In this document: in pieces, positions 9,843 to 19,637 of the stretch
Position numbering within the stretch: position 1 is the first letter of the stretch
Layout of the letters: each line of letters begins with the position of its first letter
The notes under the pieces: model-generated
What the model saw: only the letters and a program-made list of their open reading frames with translations
Told to the model about the DNA's origin: nothing
The model's database searches: none
Made by a program: the position numbers and the translations under genes
Source of the DNA: Deltaproteobacteria bacterium
Lineage (GTDB): Bacteria > Desulfobacterota > GWC2-55-46
Direction: 5' to 3'
Length of the DNA stretch: 64,000 nucleotides
Assembly: GCA_016234405.1 (NCBI GenBank)
Contig: JACRCC010000032.1
Coordinates: 4,360-68,359, forward strand

Positions 9843-10760
9843 ATGCCGCAGTTCAAGAAAAAAAATAATTCGCGCCGTTTAACCGCAGCTAAGACATTTA
9901 CGCCGATGAGTATCTCCGAACGGACAATCAGCTCTTACCTGAAAAAACACCAGATCGTCATCGCCTCGATCTTCCTCGCCCTTTATTCCCTCCACCTCGC
10001 CCTCACATACAAACAGGACATCCCAAGGGGCTATATCGTCAAGGGGGCCGTGTATTACGCCGCATATCCCGTCCAGAGGCTGCTCATCGGGACCAAGTCC
10101 GCCGTTGCCGGCGCATGGTCGCATTATGTGTATCTCATAGGCACAGCCGAAGAAAACGACGAGTTGAAAAAAAACATCTCGGCGCTCCGGAGCGAAAACA
10201 ACAGGCTCAGGGAAGAGATAAACCTTTCCCGCAGGCTCAAAGACCTCCTTGAATACAGGGATGCGGCTAAATTCGACACTACGGGCGCAAACATCCTCTC
10301 ATACAACGCTAATGATTGGTCCCGAACCGTCCTCATAAACAAGGGTAAAGACGACGGCATCCGCAAAGACCTCGCGGTCATAACCCCCGCCGGGGTCGTG
10401 GGCCGCGTCATCGAGACAGGCGGGAAGACAGGAAGCGTGCTCCTCAATACCGATAGCCGGTCGAATATTGACGTATACGTTCAGCGCACGAGGGTAAAGG
10501 GCGTAGCCGAGGGCAACGGCAACGGCGGCATGGCGCTTAAATACATCCGGCTCGACGACGACGTGATGGTCGGAGACATGCTTCTCACGTCTGGCATCTC
10601 CGGAATATTCCCCAAGGGTCTTCCAGTCGGCGAGATCGTGAGGATTGAAAAGGGCAAAGACAACTTCTTCATTTATATCGAGGCGCGCCCGGCAGTGGAC
10701 TTTAAAACGCTCGAGGACGTGCTTGTCGTAACCGAGAGCGGATTTTTCTATAAGGAGTAA
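9843..10760 (+). CDS. mreC: Rod shape-determining protein MreC
   Basis: TM segment, coiled coil, and C-terminal beta domain 'GDMLLTSGISGIFPKGLPVGEI'. The start may instead be Met22 at 9906. Confidence 0.8.
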   Translation: MPQFKKKNNSRRLTAAKTFTPMSISERTISSYLKKHQIVIASIFLALYSLHLALTYKQDIPRGYIVKGAVYYAAYPVQRLLIGTKSAVAGAWSHYVYLIGTAEENDELKKNISALRSENNRLREEINLSRRLKDLLEYRDAAKFDTTGANILSYNANDWSRTVLINKGKDDGIRKDLAVITPAGVVGRVIETGGKTGSVLLNTDSRSNIDVYVQRTRVKGVAEGNGNGGMALKYIRLDDDVMVGDMLLTSGISGIFPKGLPVGEIVRIEKGKDNFFIYIEARPAVDFKTLEDVLVVTESGFFYKE

Positions 10761-10761
10761 C

Positions 10762-10846
10762 GACCGTGAACCGTGACCGTGAACCGTGACCGTAAAGGAT
10801 TAGTTTTTACACGGACACGGTCACGGACACGGCCGTTACACGGTCT
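10762..10846. repeat. Family-C short tandem repeat (cgtgaac/cgtgacc), inverted pair
   Basis: Other copies at 6438-6458, 22922-22947, 34258-34280, 43911-43932, 48894-48919 and 63137-63164. Often found at gene 3' ends. Confidence 0.8.
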
Positions 10847-10851
10847 TTACC

Positions 10852-11340
10852 ATGAAAGAACTTTTGGCCTTTCTCCCGATAACAATCGCTTACCTTGCCT
10901 TCAGAAGCACGGTATCAGCCAACGTCCCGGCGCCGGACGTAGTGCTGCTCATAGTCTTTTTCATGGCCGTCAGGGGGGCCTCTCTTGAAGGGCTTCTCGC
11001 GGCCTTCGTGCTCGGTTATATCGAGGACGCCTTCACGGGCGGCGTGCTCGGCTCGTCGTCATTCGCCCTGATAATCGTCCATATAACCGTTCACCTCGCC
11101 TCGAAAAAAGCGCACTTCTCCACCCCGGGCATAAGGGCCGGAGGCGCGCTTTTTTTCTCCCTGCTCAAAAGCCTTCTCATATTCGCGGCCATCCGCTCCT
11201 CAGGCGTTAGGGCCGAACTTTTTTGGGGCATTGCGGCAACGGCAATTACAACCGGCGTCTTTGCGCCGGCGGCGATGAATCTGCTCGCAAGGCTGTCTTT
11301 TTTCCTGAACCCACATGGATTTAAGAACGAAACGCAGTGA
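10852..11340 (+). CDS. mreD: Rod shape-determining protein MreD
   Basis: Small polytopic membrane protein sitting between mreC and PBP2. Confidence 0.7.
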   Translation: MKELLAFLPITIAYLAFRSTVSANVPAPDVVLLIVFFMAVRGASLEGLLAAFVLGYIEDAFTGGVLGSSSFALIIVHITVHLASKKAHFSTPGIRAGGALFFSLLKSLLIFAAIRSSGVRAELFWGIAATAITTGVFAPAAMNLLARLSFFLNPHGFKNETQ

Positions 11341-13286
11341 GCGAATATTATCCAGATAAAGGGCCGGTTGAGTTCAAGCGGCGCGCAACCGTCGCGGTCG
11401 TTATAGCATGGGCGGCCTTTTCGCTCTTAGCCGCGCGCCTTTGGCACCTGCAGGCCAAAGAGGGCGGCTTCTACACCGACCTGTCGCAAAGCAACAGCAT
11501 ACGTCTCATAAAGGCCGTAGCCCCAAGGGGTATCATATTCGACAGAAACGGCGTCAAGGTGGCCGACAACAGGCCAAGCTACGACCTTTTCATAATCCCT
11601 GAGGACGTATTGAACTGGGACATGACCCGCGCCATGTTGAAGGGTATGGCCGGCCTCGGCGCGGACGAGATAGACGAAAAGATTGACAATGCCAAGGGCA
11701 GGCCGCCGTTTCAGATGATAAGGCTCAAAGAAGACCTCCCGTGGGACGAGGCCGTAAAGATAGAGAGCTACAAATACGAGATACCCGGACTCATACTCGA
11801 CGTAACCCCCAAGAGGGCGTATATCTACGGACCGGCATTCGCCCACCTTATAGGACACCTCGGCGAGATAAACGAAAAAGAACTAAAGGGTCTCAAGAAA
11901 AAAGGCGCCGGATACTCGCTCGGCGACATGATAGGCAAATACGGGCTTGAGAAGGCGCGCGAAAAGGAGCTTCGCGGCGCGGACGGCGGAAAAAAAATCG
12001 AGGTTGACGCGCGCGGCAGAAAGATAAAACTCATCAAAGGCGCCCCTCCTTATCCGGGGTTGGAGATAAGACTCACGGTTGACTTGAAGACCCAGCTGTC
12101 CGCTTACGCCGCAATGAAAGACATGGCCGGGGCAGCTGTCGCCATAGAGCCGTCCACCGGAAGGATACTTGCGATGGTAAGTTCTCCGGCATTCGACCCT
12201 AACGCCCTTTCAACCGGCATATCGAGTGCGGATTGGATAAAGCTCGTTGAAAACCCCCTCGACATCCTCAACAACAGGGCCATACAGGGACTCTATCCGC
12301 CGGCCTCGACGTTCAAACCCATACACGCCGCGGCCGCGCTCGAGGAAAAAGTCATAACGCCGGCGACCGAGATATTCTCCGGCCCGTCGTTGTGGTTCGC
12401 AAAACGCGAATACCGCGACTGGAAAGAAGGCGGGCACGGCATAATTAAAGTCCACAAGGCCATCGTCGAGTCCTCCGATACATTTTTCTATCAGGTCGGC
12501 CTAAAACTCGGCGTTGAGGGGCTCTCAATATACGCCAAGAACTTCGGTCTCGGCGCGAAGACGGGCATAGAACTTCCCAACGAAAAGAACGGTCTTGTGC
12601 CCTCCTCCGCGTGGAAGCTGAAGGCCACCGGCACGCGGTGGTACGAGGGAGAGACTATATCGTTAGCCGTGGGTCAGGGCTTCATGCTCGCCACCCCGCT
12701 CCAACTCGCAAACGCATACGCGGCCATAGCCAACGGAGGCACGCTCTACCTTCCGCAGACCGTCGAGGACGTGCGCGCCCCGGACGGCGCGGTGTTGGAG
12801 AGGTTTTCCCCAAAGGCGCTTTCAAGATTGAAGATATCCGCAAAAAATCTCGAAGTCGTGAAAGAGGCGTTAACAGGCGTTACGCACGAAGAGGGCGGCA
12901 CGGCCCTTTTTCTCAAGGCGAGCAACCTGAAGATTGCCGGAAAGACCGGCACCGCTCAGGTGACAAAGCTCAGGGAGCGGGTGAAAAACATCGAAAAGAC
13001 GGCGTATAAATACAGGGACCACGCATGGTTTGCCGGGTACGCCCCCTATGACGACCCTAAGATAGCCGTAGTGGTGATAGTGGAGCATGGGGGCTTCGGC
13101 GCGAGCGCCGCGGCGCCGGTTGCAAACGCGATATTCAAGGCATACCTCGGCGAGGCGGCGCCGAACGCCGGACAGACGCCTCCATCGCAACCCTCGACCA
13201 TACAGGCTGCGGCCCAGAAACAAACGGAGACGTATGATACCCTCTCCCCAAGGGGAGAGGGCTGGGTGAGGGGGATAAATGATTGA
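11337..13286 (+). CDS. mrdA: Penicillin-binding protein 2 (elongasome transpeptidase)
   Basis: PBP dimerisation domain plus transpeptidase motifs STFK, SSD, KTGTA. GTG start overlapping the mreD stop. Confidence 0.9.
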   Translation: MSEYYPDKGPVEFKRRATVAVVIAWAAFSLLAARLWHLQAKEGGFYTDLSQSNSIRLIKAVAPRGIIFDRNGVKVADNRPSYDLFIIPEDVLNWDMTRAMLKGMAGLGADEIDEKIDNAKGRPPFQMIRLKEDLPWDEAVKIESYKYEIPGLILDVTPKRAYIYGPAFAHLIGHLGEINEKELKGLKKKGAGYSLGDMIGKYGLEKAREKELRGADGGKKIEVDARGRKIKLIKGAPPYPGLEIRLTVDLKTQLSAYAAMKDMAGAAVAIEPSTGRILAMVSSPAFDPNALSTGISSADWIKLVENPLDILNNRAIQGLYPPASTFKPIHAAAALEEKVITPATEIFSGPSLWFAKREYRDWKEGGHGIIKVHKAIVESSDTFFYQVGLKLGVEGLSIYAKNFGLGAKTGIELPNEKNGLVPSSAWKLKATGTRWYEGETISLAVGQGFMLATPLQLANAYAAIANGGTLYLPQTVEDVRAPDGAVLERFSPKALSRLKISAKNLEVVKEALTGVTHEEGGTALFLKASNLKIAGKTGTAQVTKLRERVKNIEKTAYKYRDHAWFAGYAPYDDPKIAVVVIVEHGGFGASAAAPVANAIFKAYLGEAAPNAGQTPPSQPSTIQAAAQKQTETYDTLSPRGEGWVRGIND

Positions 13287-14370
13287 CAGACGACTTTTTA
13301 CGCATTTCGACTGGTTCACCTTCTCTCTCACGGCTGCGCTTACCGCGATTGGATTGGCGAGCGTCTACAGCGCAACGCACGCCCAAATGCCTGCGATATA
13401 CAAAAAAGAAGTCTACTGGATTATCATAGGCTTGGCAGGCCTTGCAGCCGCCGTAACAATCAACTACCTGCTCTTGGAGAGGCTTGCCTACGCGCTCTGG
13501 GGCGGCGCGGTAATTCTCCTCGTCTCCGTCCTCTTCATCGGAAAGACCACCGCAGGCGCGCGGCGTTGGCTCAACCTCGGTCTTTTTTCGCTGCAACCGT
13601 CGGAACTCGCCAAACTCGCGCTTATTATCGCGCTCGCCAAATACTTCACGTCAAGGCCCGTGCCGTCAAAAGGTTTGGCGCTTAAAGACCTCGCCTTGCC
13701 GGCGGTATTTCTGCTCGTGCCGTTTCTCCTTGTCGTAAAGCAGCCCGACCTCGGCACCGCCATAATACTCTGGCTAATATTCTGGACCATGACGCTCATG
13801 GTCAGGGTACGAACCCGGACGCTTGTCGGCATCGTCGCGGTCTTTATGGCGCTCACGCCCATAGCATGGAAGATGCTCAAGGGATACCAAAAGGCGCGGC
13901 TTATGAGCTTTCTCGACCCCGCCAAAGACCCTCTTGGCACCGGATACCACGTCATGCAATCGAAAATTGCCATAGGCTCGGGCGGAATTTTCGGAAAGGG
14001 CTTTACCAACGGCACGCAGGGCAACCTCATGTTTCTGCCTGAGCATCACACGGACTTCATATTCGCCGTCTACGCCGAGGAGTGGGGGCTTGCCGGTTCA
14101 ATGGTTCTTTTGTCGCTTTTTCTGATTCTCATCCTCAACGGCTTTAACGCCGCGAACGATGCAAAGGACAGGTTCGGCTTTTTGGTGGCCTTCGGAATGA
14201 CGACGATGCTTTTCTGGCACGTCGCCATAAACCTCGGCATGGTCTCAGGGATGCTCCCGGTCGTCGGGGTGCCCCTGCCGTTTATCAGCTACGGCGGGTC
14301 GTTCCTCGTTACCGCGATGATTGCCGCCGGGCTTATAATAAACATCAAGATGCGGGGTTTCATGTTTTAG
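13279..14370 (+). CDS. rodA: Peptidoglycan glycosyltransferase RodA (SEDS family)
   Basis: FtsW/RodA/SpoVE signature. Overlaps mrdA. Confidence 0.9.
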   Translation: MIDRRLFTHFDWFTFSLTAALTAIGLASVYSATHAQMPAIYKKEVYWIIIGLAGLAAAVTINYLLLERLAYALWGGAVILLVSVLFIGKTTAGARRWLNLGLFSLQPSELAKLALIIALAKYFTSRPVPSKGLALKDLALPAVFLLVPFLLVVKQPDLGTAIILWLIFWTMTLMVRVRTRTLVGIVAVFMALTPIAWKMLKGYQKARLMSFLDPAKDPLGTGYHVMQSKIAIGSGGIFGKGFTNGTQGNLMFLPEHHTDFIFAVYAEEWGLAGSMVLLSLFLILILNGFNAANDAKDRFGFLVAFGMTTMLFWHVAINLGMVSGMLPVVGVPLPFISYGGSFLVTAMIAAGLIINIKMRGFMF

Positions 14371-14383
14371 CGGAGACTAACGG

Positions 14384-14854
14384 GTGAAAAAACTCATTAC
14401 CCTCTTTCTCGCTGAGGGCGCATATTTGGGGCGCGTGCGCGCCATGCCCGGGACGCTTGGCTCCCTATGGGGAATTCCACTGGCGTGGGCGGCCTCTTTT
14501 TTGGGGATTGCAGGGCAGGCGGCGTTTACCGTCCTTGTCTGCGTTGCTGCAATTATAATCTCCGGCGCCGCGGCAAAGACGCTTGGCGAAAAAGACCCTG
14601 AGCAAATCGTCATAGACGAGGCCGCCGGATTTTTGGCCGCGGTTTTCCTTATCCCGTTTACGCCGTTTAACTTAATATTGGCCTTTATTCTTTTCAGGAT
14701 TTTTGATATTGTGAAACCTTGGCCGGTTCGCCAAATTGACAAGAATATCAAGGGAGGCGCCGGGATAGTGCTCGATGACGTTGCCGCCGGGATCTTTGCC
14801 AATATATGCGTTCAGGCCGTAATCAGGATAGCGCCAATGTCATGGCGGGGATGA
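14384..14854 (+). CDS. pgpA: Phosphatidylglycerophosphatase A
   Basis: PgpA motifs 'GTLGSLWG', 'IVIDEAAG', 'FRIFDIVKPWP'. GTG start. Confidence 0.8.
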   Translation: MKKLITLFLAEGAYLGRVRAMPGTLGSLWGIPLAWAASFLGIAGQAAFTVLVCVAAIIISGAAAKTLGEKDPEQIVIDEAAGFLAAVFLIPFTPFNLILAFILFRIFDIVKPWPVRQIDKNIKGGAGIVLDDVAAGIFANICVQAVIRIAPMSWRG

Positions 14855-15357
14855 CCGCAAAGCAAGCCTCCGGCGCGTTTAAGGCAACGGCCCTCGGAGC
14901 GTCTCTAAAAAGAAATAATCTAACGCTCGCCGCGGCTGAGTCGTGCACCGGCGGGTTTCTCTCTCACCTGTTCACGAATATCCCCGGAAGCTCCGATTGG
15001 TTTAAGGGGGGCGTCGTTGCATACGATAACGCCGTAAAGACAAAGATCCTCGGCGTCAAGGCCTCCACTATCGAGAGGCACGGCGCAGTTTCGGAGGAAA
15101 CCGCCGTTGAGATGGCGCGAGGGATAAAAAAGAAACTCGATGCGGACGTCGGCGCGGCAATAACCGGAATTGCCGGCCCCGGCAAGGGCATACCGGGTAA
15201 GCCCGTCGGCACGGTTTACATCTGCGTTGCTTCCGCGCGCAAAAAGACCGTAAAAAAATTCCAATTCAAAGGCGCGCGTGTTAAGATAAAAACGCTCTCA
15301 GCCTTGAAGGCCGTAGAGATGCTTGAAAGGTTCGTCTTACGCGGCGCGTTGAAATAA
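14842..15357 (+). CDS. pncC: CinA C-terminal domain protein / NMN deamidase PncC-like
   Basis: 'LTLAAAESCTGG...SHL...PGSS..F.GGVV.Y' matches the CinA C-terminal domain. Alternative starts at 14806 and 14851; the latter makes an ATGA overlap with pgpA. Confidence 0.7.
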   Translation: MAGMTAKQASGAFKATALGASLKRNNLTLAAAESCTGGFLSHLFTNIPGSSDWFKGGVVAYDNAVKTKILGVKASTIERHGAVSEETAVEMARGIKKKLDADVGAAITGIAGPGKGIPGKPVGTVYICVASARKKTVKKFQFKGARVKIKTLSALKAVEMLERFVLRGALK

Positions 15358-15394
15358 ACCAGTTCGTGAAACAAGAGGCCGGGAAAAAACATAA

Positions 15395-15967
15395 TTGGAC
15401 AAAATAAGGTGCTTCATAGCCATCGCCATACCGGAAGAGTTGAGGGAAAAACTCCGCCGGATTAAGACCGCGCTTGACGCTGGGTATCGCGGGGTTTCAT
15501 GGACCAAGCCTGAAAACATCCACCTGACGCTAAAATTTCTCGCGGAGATTGACGCGGCGTCCGTGGAGCCGGCAGCCAAGGCCATTAATGAAGCAGCCGT
15601 CTTTGCCGCGCCTTTTACGCTTACGGCGGAAGGCATCGGGGGTTTTCCCTCGCTCAAAGGCCCTCGGGTCATCTGGGCCGGAATAAAAGACCACCCCGGC
15701 CTGACGGAACTGCGCGGAAAGATAGAAGACGGACTCGCCGCAATAGGTTTCGAGAGGGATGCGCGCAGGTTTCACCCGCATCTTACGCTTTGCAGGATAA
15801 AATCCGTTGACGACTCGGTCTCTCTCGGACGGGCCGCGCAGGGGTTCGGCAGCGGAGCGACCCATGAGATAAACGTCGCGGAGATTATTTTATACAAGAG
15901 CGTTTTAAAACCGGAAGGCTCCGAGCATACGGCGCTGAAAAGAATAACCCTCGGTCCGCGCAGGTAA
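15395..15967 (+). CDS. thpR: RNA 2',3'-cyclic phosphodiesterase (LigT/ThpR, 2H family)
   Basis: Two H-x-T-x motifs, 'HLTLKF' and 'HLTLCR'. TTG start. Confidence 0.8.
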   Translation: MDKIRCFIAIAIPEELREKLRRIKTALDAGYRGVSWTKPENIHLTLKFLAEIDAASVEPAAKAINEAAVFAAPFTLTAEGIGGFPSLKGPRVIWAGIKDHPGLTELRGKIEDGLAAIGFERDARRFHPHLTLCRIKSVDDSVSLGRAAQGFGSGATHEINVAEIILYKSVLKPEGSEHTALKRITLGPRR

Positions 15968-15983
15968 ACTTACGCCGGTTTTT

Positions 15984-16098
15984 TGTTGCGCCGTCAGGAG
16001 AGTTTCTTGGCAAATAAAGTTTCAAGTGTGGTAGCATGAAGGCGGTCGGTCAAACCTCTTGTTGCGCCGTAAGGAGTTTCCTCCCGACGGCAAATAAA
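15984..16098 (+). repeat. Two imperfect direct repeats of about 36-40 bp (ttgttgcgccgtMaggag...ggcaaataaa) upstream of the islet's small ORF
   Basis: Copies at 15984-16019 and 16059-16098, read directly from the sequence. Confidence 0.5.
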
Positions 16099-16132
16099 TT
16101 TGCTGAAATGAGGCGAAAGGAGGGGGTGAATT

Positions 16133-16369
16133 ATGAAGTGGAAAGATATTGTCATACAATATAGAGACGAATGGGTGCTCATAGAAGCAAAAAAAGTAGA
16201 TGAAAAATTCAATTTAAAAGACGGCGAAGTCATTTCACATTCAAAGGATAAATCCGAGATATACCAGCAGCTTCTAAAATTGAAAAAGAAAAAGAAGATA
16301 TACATAGAATACACGGGAAAGATACCCGAAGAGCTTGCCGTGGTGCTCTATTATCATGAAACGGTATAA
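16133..16369 (+). CDS. Small lysine-rich hypothetical protein in an AT-rich islet
   Basis: Strong RBS (AAAGGAGGGGG, 8 nt spacing). GC content is far below the flanks. Loosely reminiscent of DUF5678-type small proteins (weak). Confidence 0.5.
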   Translation: MKWKDIVIQYRDEWVLIEAKKVDEKFNLKDGEVISHSKDKSEIYQQLLKLKKKKKIYIEYTGKIPEELAVVLYYHETV

Positions 16370-16742
16370 ACTCGAAAGGCACGGTTGTCTTTTGATGACA
16401 AGGGCGTTTGTAGAGGGGGCAAACGGCAAGGCATATCCAAAGCTCCTGCTTGATACAGGTTCCGCATATACCATCCTTTCACAGGAGATCCTTGAGTTTA
16501 TCGGTTCCAGTCCGGCAACAGCTGCAAAAAGACAGCGCATAATTACAGGCAGTGGATATGAGATTGTCCCCGTTGTTTCGGTAAAACGGTTCAACTGTTT
16601 TGGAAAAGCATTGAAGGGGTTTCCGATACTCGGCCATACATTGCCGTTTGGCGTATATGTGGACGGACTGCTCGGCATGGATTTTTTGAGCAGTTTTGAT
16701 ATTGAGATAAAGACGCAAAATGGGGGAATAGTCGTGAGGTAA
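16356..16742 (+). CDS. Retropepsin-like (clan AA) aspartic protease domain protein
   Basis: 'LLLDTGSAYTIL' is the D-T/S-G-A catalytic motif of retroviral-type aspartyl proteases. ATGA overlap with the upstream small ORF. Confidence 0.65.
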   Translation: MKRYKLERHGCLLMTRAFVEGANGKAYPKLLLDTGSAYTILSQEILEFIGSSPATAAKRQRIITGSGYEIVPVVSVKRFNCFGKALKGFPILGHTLPFGVYVDGLLGMDFLSSFDIEIKTQNGGIVVR

Positions 16743-16760
16743 TGAGCTTGCTTAAGATTT

Positions 16761-17162
16761 ATGGGGGCGCATTATGAAAAGGATATTTGGATATTTTTTA
16801 ATGCGGAGGTAACGGTTGTCCTTGACGCATGTTTTTCAGGCGCGGGCGGCAGGAGCGTGCTTGCAAAAGGCGCAAGGCCTCTGGTGATGACAACGGATGC
16901 GTCGGTCATTTCATCTAACATGGCTGTGCTTTCGGCGACGCAGGGCGCGCAGATTTCTTCATCCTCTCCTGAAAAGGGGCATGGGATATTCACCTGCTGC
17001 TTTCTCAAGGCATTAAAAGAAGGCAAGAAAAACATCGCCGATATTTACGAATACATAAAACCGCTGGTCGAGGACGAGGCAAAACAAATCAACGTCCAAC
17101 AATCCCCGAGCATAAGCCCGGATGCGGAGAAGATAAGGGGAAGGTTTACATTGAGGCGGTAA
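16761..17162 (+). pseudogene. N-terminally truncated caspase-like (peptidase C14) domain fragment
   Basis: 'IWIFFNAEVTVVLDACFSGAGG' matches the catalytic-Cys region of bacterial caspases/metacaspases ('lfiflDaChSG'). The His-containing N-terminal half is absent and no upstream ORF supplies it. Confidence 0.4.
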
Positions 17163-17323
17163 GATTGAGAGGCCTTTCTCGTTACCAAGCCTGCCCCCGC
17201 TTCAAGCACGCGAGGGCAGTCTTGGTAACGCAATTGCTTATGAAGTTCCGGCTTCATCAATAAAAAGAAGACGGTGGGCGGCGCCGCCTTGACAAGGACA
17301 TAGAATCCGCAAAGACAAAAGAT

Positions 17324-17335
17324 GAACTTACGTTA
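17324..17335 (+). promoter_or_regulatory. Candidate Cheo-type LexA box (GAAC-N4-GTTA) upstream of recA
   Basis: 'GAACTTACGTTA' lies about 27 nt upstream of the recA ATG. One mismatch to GAAC-N4-GTTC. Confidence 0.25.
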
Positions 17336-17361
17336 GTTTTTAAATCTCAACGGGAGGTCTT

Positions 17362-18396
17362 TTGATGGCAAACGCACCGGCACCCCAGCCGTCCTCTGCG
17401 AACAAAAACAAGGCGCTTGACTTGGCGGTAGCGCAGATAGAAAAGCAGTTCGGCAAGGGTTCCATCATGAAACTCGGAAAGGACGCGGTTGTCCCGGACG
17501 TCAGCGTCATATCAACCGGCTCCCCCGCCGTAGATATAGCCCTTGGGATAGGAGGCGTGCCCAGAGGCCGCGTGGTCGAGATATTCGGGCCTGAGTCTTC
17601 CGGCAAAACGACTTTGGCGCTGCACATCACGGCGCAGGCGCAAAAGGCCGGCGGCTCGGTCGCGTTCATAGACGCGGAGCACGCCCTCGACGTTGCTTAC
17701 GCTAAAAAGCTCGGCGTTAATATTGACGAACTGCTCCTCTCCCAGCCCGACACCGGAGAGCAGGGACTTGAAATCGCGGACGTGCTGATAAGGAGCGGCG
17801 CGGTTGACGTCATCGTGATTGATTCCGTGGCGGCGCTCGTCCCGAGGGCAGAGCTTGAAGGCGACATGGGGGACGCGCACATGGGGCTGCACGCGCGCCT
17901 CATGAGCCAGGCCCTCCGTAAACTCACGGCCACCATCAGCAAGAGTAAGACCTGCGTCATATTCATTAACCAGATTCGCCACAAGATAGGCGTCATGTTC
18001 GGAAGCCCGGAAACCACGACCGGCGGCAACGCGCTGAAGTTCTACGCATCCGTAAGGATAGACATAAGGAAGATCGGCCAGATAAAACAGGGTGAGAGCG
18101 TCATCGGAAATAGGATCAGGGTCAAGATAGTAAAAAATAAACTCGCCCCTCCCTTTAGGGACACGGAGGCGGACATACTCTTCAACGAGGGCATATCCAA
18201 AGAGGGCGACATCCTCGATTTAGGCTCTAACGCCAACATAATCGAAAAATCCGGCGCGTGGTTCTCTTACGAGAACGAACGCCTCGGACAGGGCAGAGAA
18301 TCCGCGCGGGTCTATCTGAAGGAACATCCCGAAAAAACCCTTGAAATCGAACGAAAAATACTGCAACATTTCGGCATAAAAACCAAAAAGGAGTAG
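17362..18396 (+). CDS. recA: Recombinase RecA
   Basis: Walker A 'GPESSGKTT', L1/L2 loops. GGGAGG Shine-Dalgarno. Confidence 0.95.
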   Translation: MMANAPAPQPSSANKNKALDLAVAQIEKQFGKGSIMKLGKDAVVPDVSVISTGSPAVDIALGIGGVPRGRVVEIFGPESSGKTTLALHITAQAQKAGGSVAFIDAEHALDVAYAKKLGVNIDELLLSQPDTGEQGLEIADVLIRSGAVDVIVIDSVAALVPRAELEGDMGDAHMGLHARLMSQALRKLTATISKSKTCVIFINQIRHKIGVMFGSPETTTGGNALKFYASVRIDIRKIGQIKQGESVIGNRIRVKIVKNKLAPPFRDTEADILFNEGISKEGDILDLGSNANIIEKSGAWFSYENERLGQGRESARVYLKEHPEKTLEIERKILQHFGIKTKKE

Positions 18397-18399
18397 CGT

Positions 18400-19578
18400 A
18401 TGGCAGATATAGATTTAAGCGCTATATTAAACGTCGCCGTCAAAGGCAAGGCGTCCGACGTGCACATAAAGGCCGGCTTGCCTCCCATTTTGAGGATATA
18501 CGGCAACCTCGTGCCGATAAAGGGCTTTGAAAGGCTCGCCCCGGACGAGATTAACAAGGCTGCCCAGCGGATAATGAACGACGGCCAGAAGGAGACCTTC
18601 AAAAAACACCAGCAGGTGGACATGGCCTACAGCGTGCCGGGGCTCGGGCGCTTCAGGGTAAATATCTTCCTGCAAAGGGGCGCGGTGGGCATCGTCCTGC
18701 GCGTCATCCCGATAAAGATACAAAACTTCGAGGAATTGAACCTGCCTCAAGTTCTCCGCACGATTTCAAACGAGGTCAGGGGCCTTATACTCGTAACGGG
18801 CGTAACCGGGAGCGGCAAATCAACGACGCTCGCCTCGGTCATGGATTATATCAACAGCAACCGTTCAGCCCACATCATCACCGCCGAAGACCCCATTGAG
18901 TACCTGCACAGGGACAAGATGTCCATAATCAACCAAAGGGAAATCGGCGTTGACGCGCAATCCTTCTCCGAGGCGTTAAGGGGCGCGCTGCGCCAAGACC
19001 CGGACGTCATCATGGTCGGCGAGATGCGCGACCTCGAAACGGTCGAGATTGCCCTCACAGCAGCCGAGACCGGGCACCTCGTCCTCTCGACGCTGCATAC
19101 GATAGACGCAATGGAGACCATCAACAGGGTTGTCTCGGTCTTCCCTCCGTATCAGCAAAAACAAATCAGGATACAGCTTGCCGGCGTCATAAAGGGCATC
19201 ATCTCGCAAAGGCTTATCCCGACGAAAGACGGCATGGGCAGAGTCCCGGCGGTCGAGGTCATGGTCACCACGTCGCGGATAAGGGAGTGCATCGAGGACA
19301 AGGAAAAGACAAAAGAGATAGCGGACGCCATATCCAAGGGATTTACCACTTATGGGATGCAGACCTTCGACCAATCGCTCCTCTCGCTCATGAATAAAGA
19401 CATGATTACTTACGAAGAGGCCCTGCGCGAGTCCAGCAACCAGGCGGACTTCGAGCTGAAGGTCAAGGGCATCTCAGGCACCTCGGATTCGGATTGGAAA
19501 AACTTCGAGAAGGGCGCTGACACCAAAGGCGGCGGCCCGCCCGCAGGCGGCGGTGGCGGCGGCATAGACAGGTTCTAA
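18400..19578 (+). CDS. pilT: Type IV pilus retraction ATPase PilT, with a Gly-rich C-terminal tail
   Basis: 'VTGVTGSGKSTTLASVMDYIN', 'AHIITAEDPIEYLH' and His-box motifs of PilT. AAGGAG Shine-Dalgarno. Confidence 0.9.
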   Translation: MADIDLSAILNVAVKGKASDVHIKAGLPPILRIYGNLVPIKGFERLAPDEINKAAQRIMNDGQKETFKKHQQVDMAYSVPGLGRFRVNIFLQRGAVGIVLRVIPIKIQNFEELNLPQVLRTISNEVRGLILVTGVTGSGKSTTLASVMDYINSNRSAHIITAEDPIEYLHRDKMSIINQREIGVDAQSFSEALRGALRQDPDVIMVGEMRDLETVEIALTAAETGHLVLSTLHTIDAMETINRVVSVFPPYQQKQIRIQLAGVIKGIISQRLIPTKDGMGRVPAVEVMVTTSRIRECIEDKEKTKEIADAISKGFTTYGMQTFDQSLLSLMNKDMITYEEALRESSNQADFELKVKGISGTSDSDWKNFEKGADTKGGGPPAGGGGGGIDRF

Positions 19579-19637
19579 TCCCCTTATGGGGTAGTAATAC
19601 CCCTAAGGAGGGCAATGCCCCCTCCCCTGCCCTGATA

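Noticed and set aside
11440-11460. TGGCAC motifs as sigma-54 promoters (e.g. 275-295, 11440-11460, 14213-14228)
   Set aside because: All lie inside coding sequences and lack a properly spaced TTGC(A/T) -12 element.
16274-16718. Minus-strand ORFs (16274-16678, 16479-16718) in the islet
   Set aside because: Antisense to the retropepsin gene. No RBS and no domain similarity.
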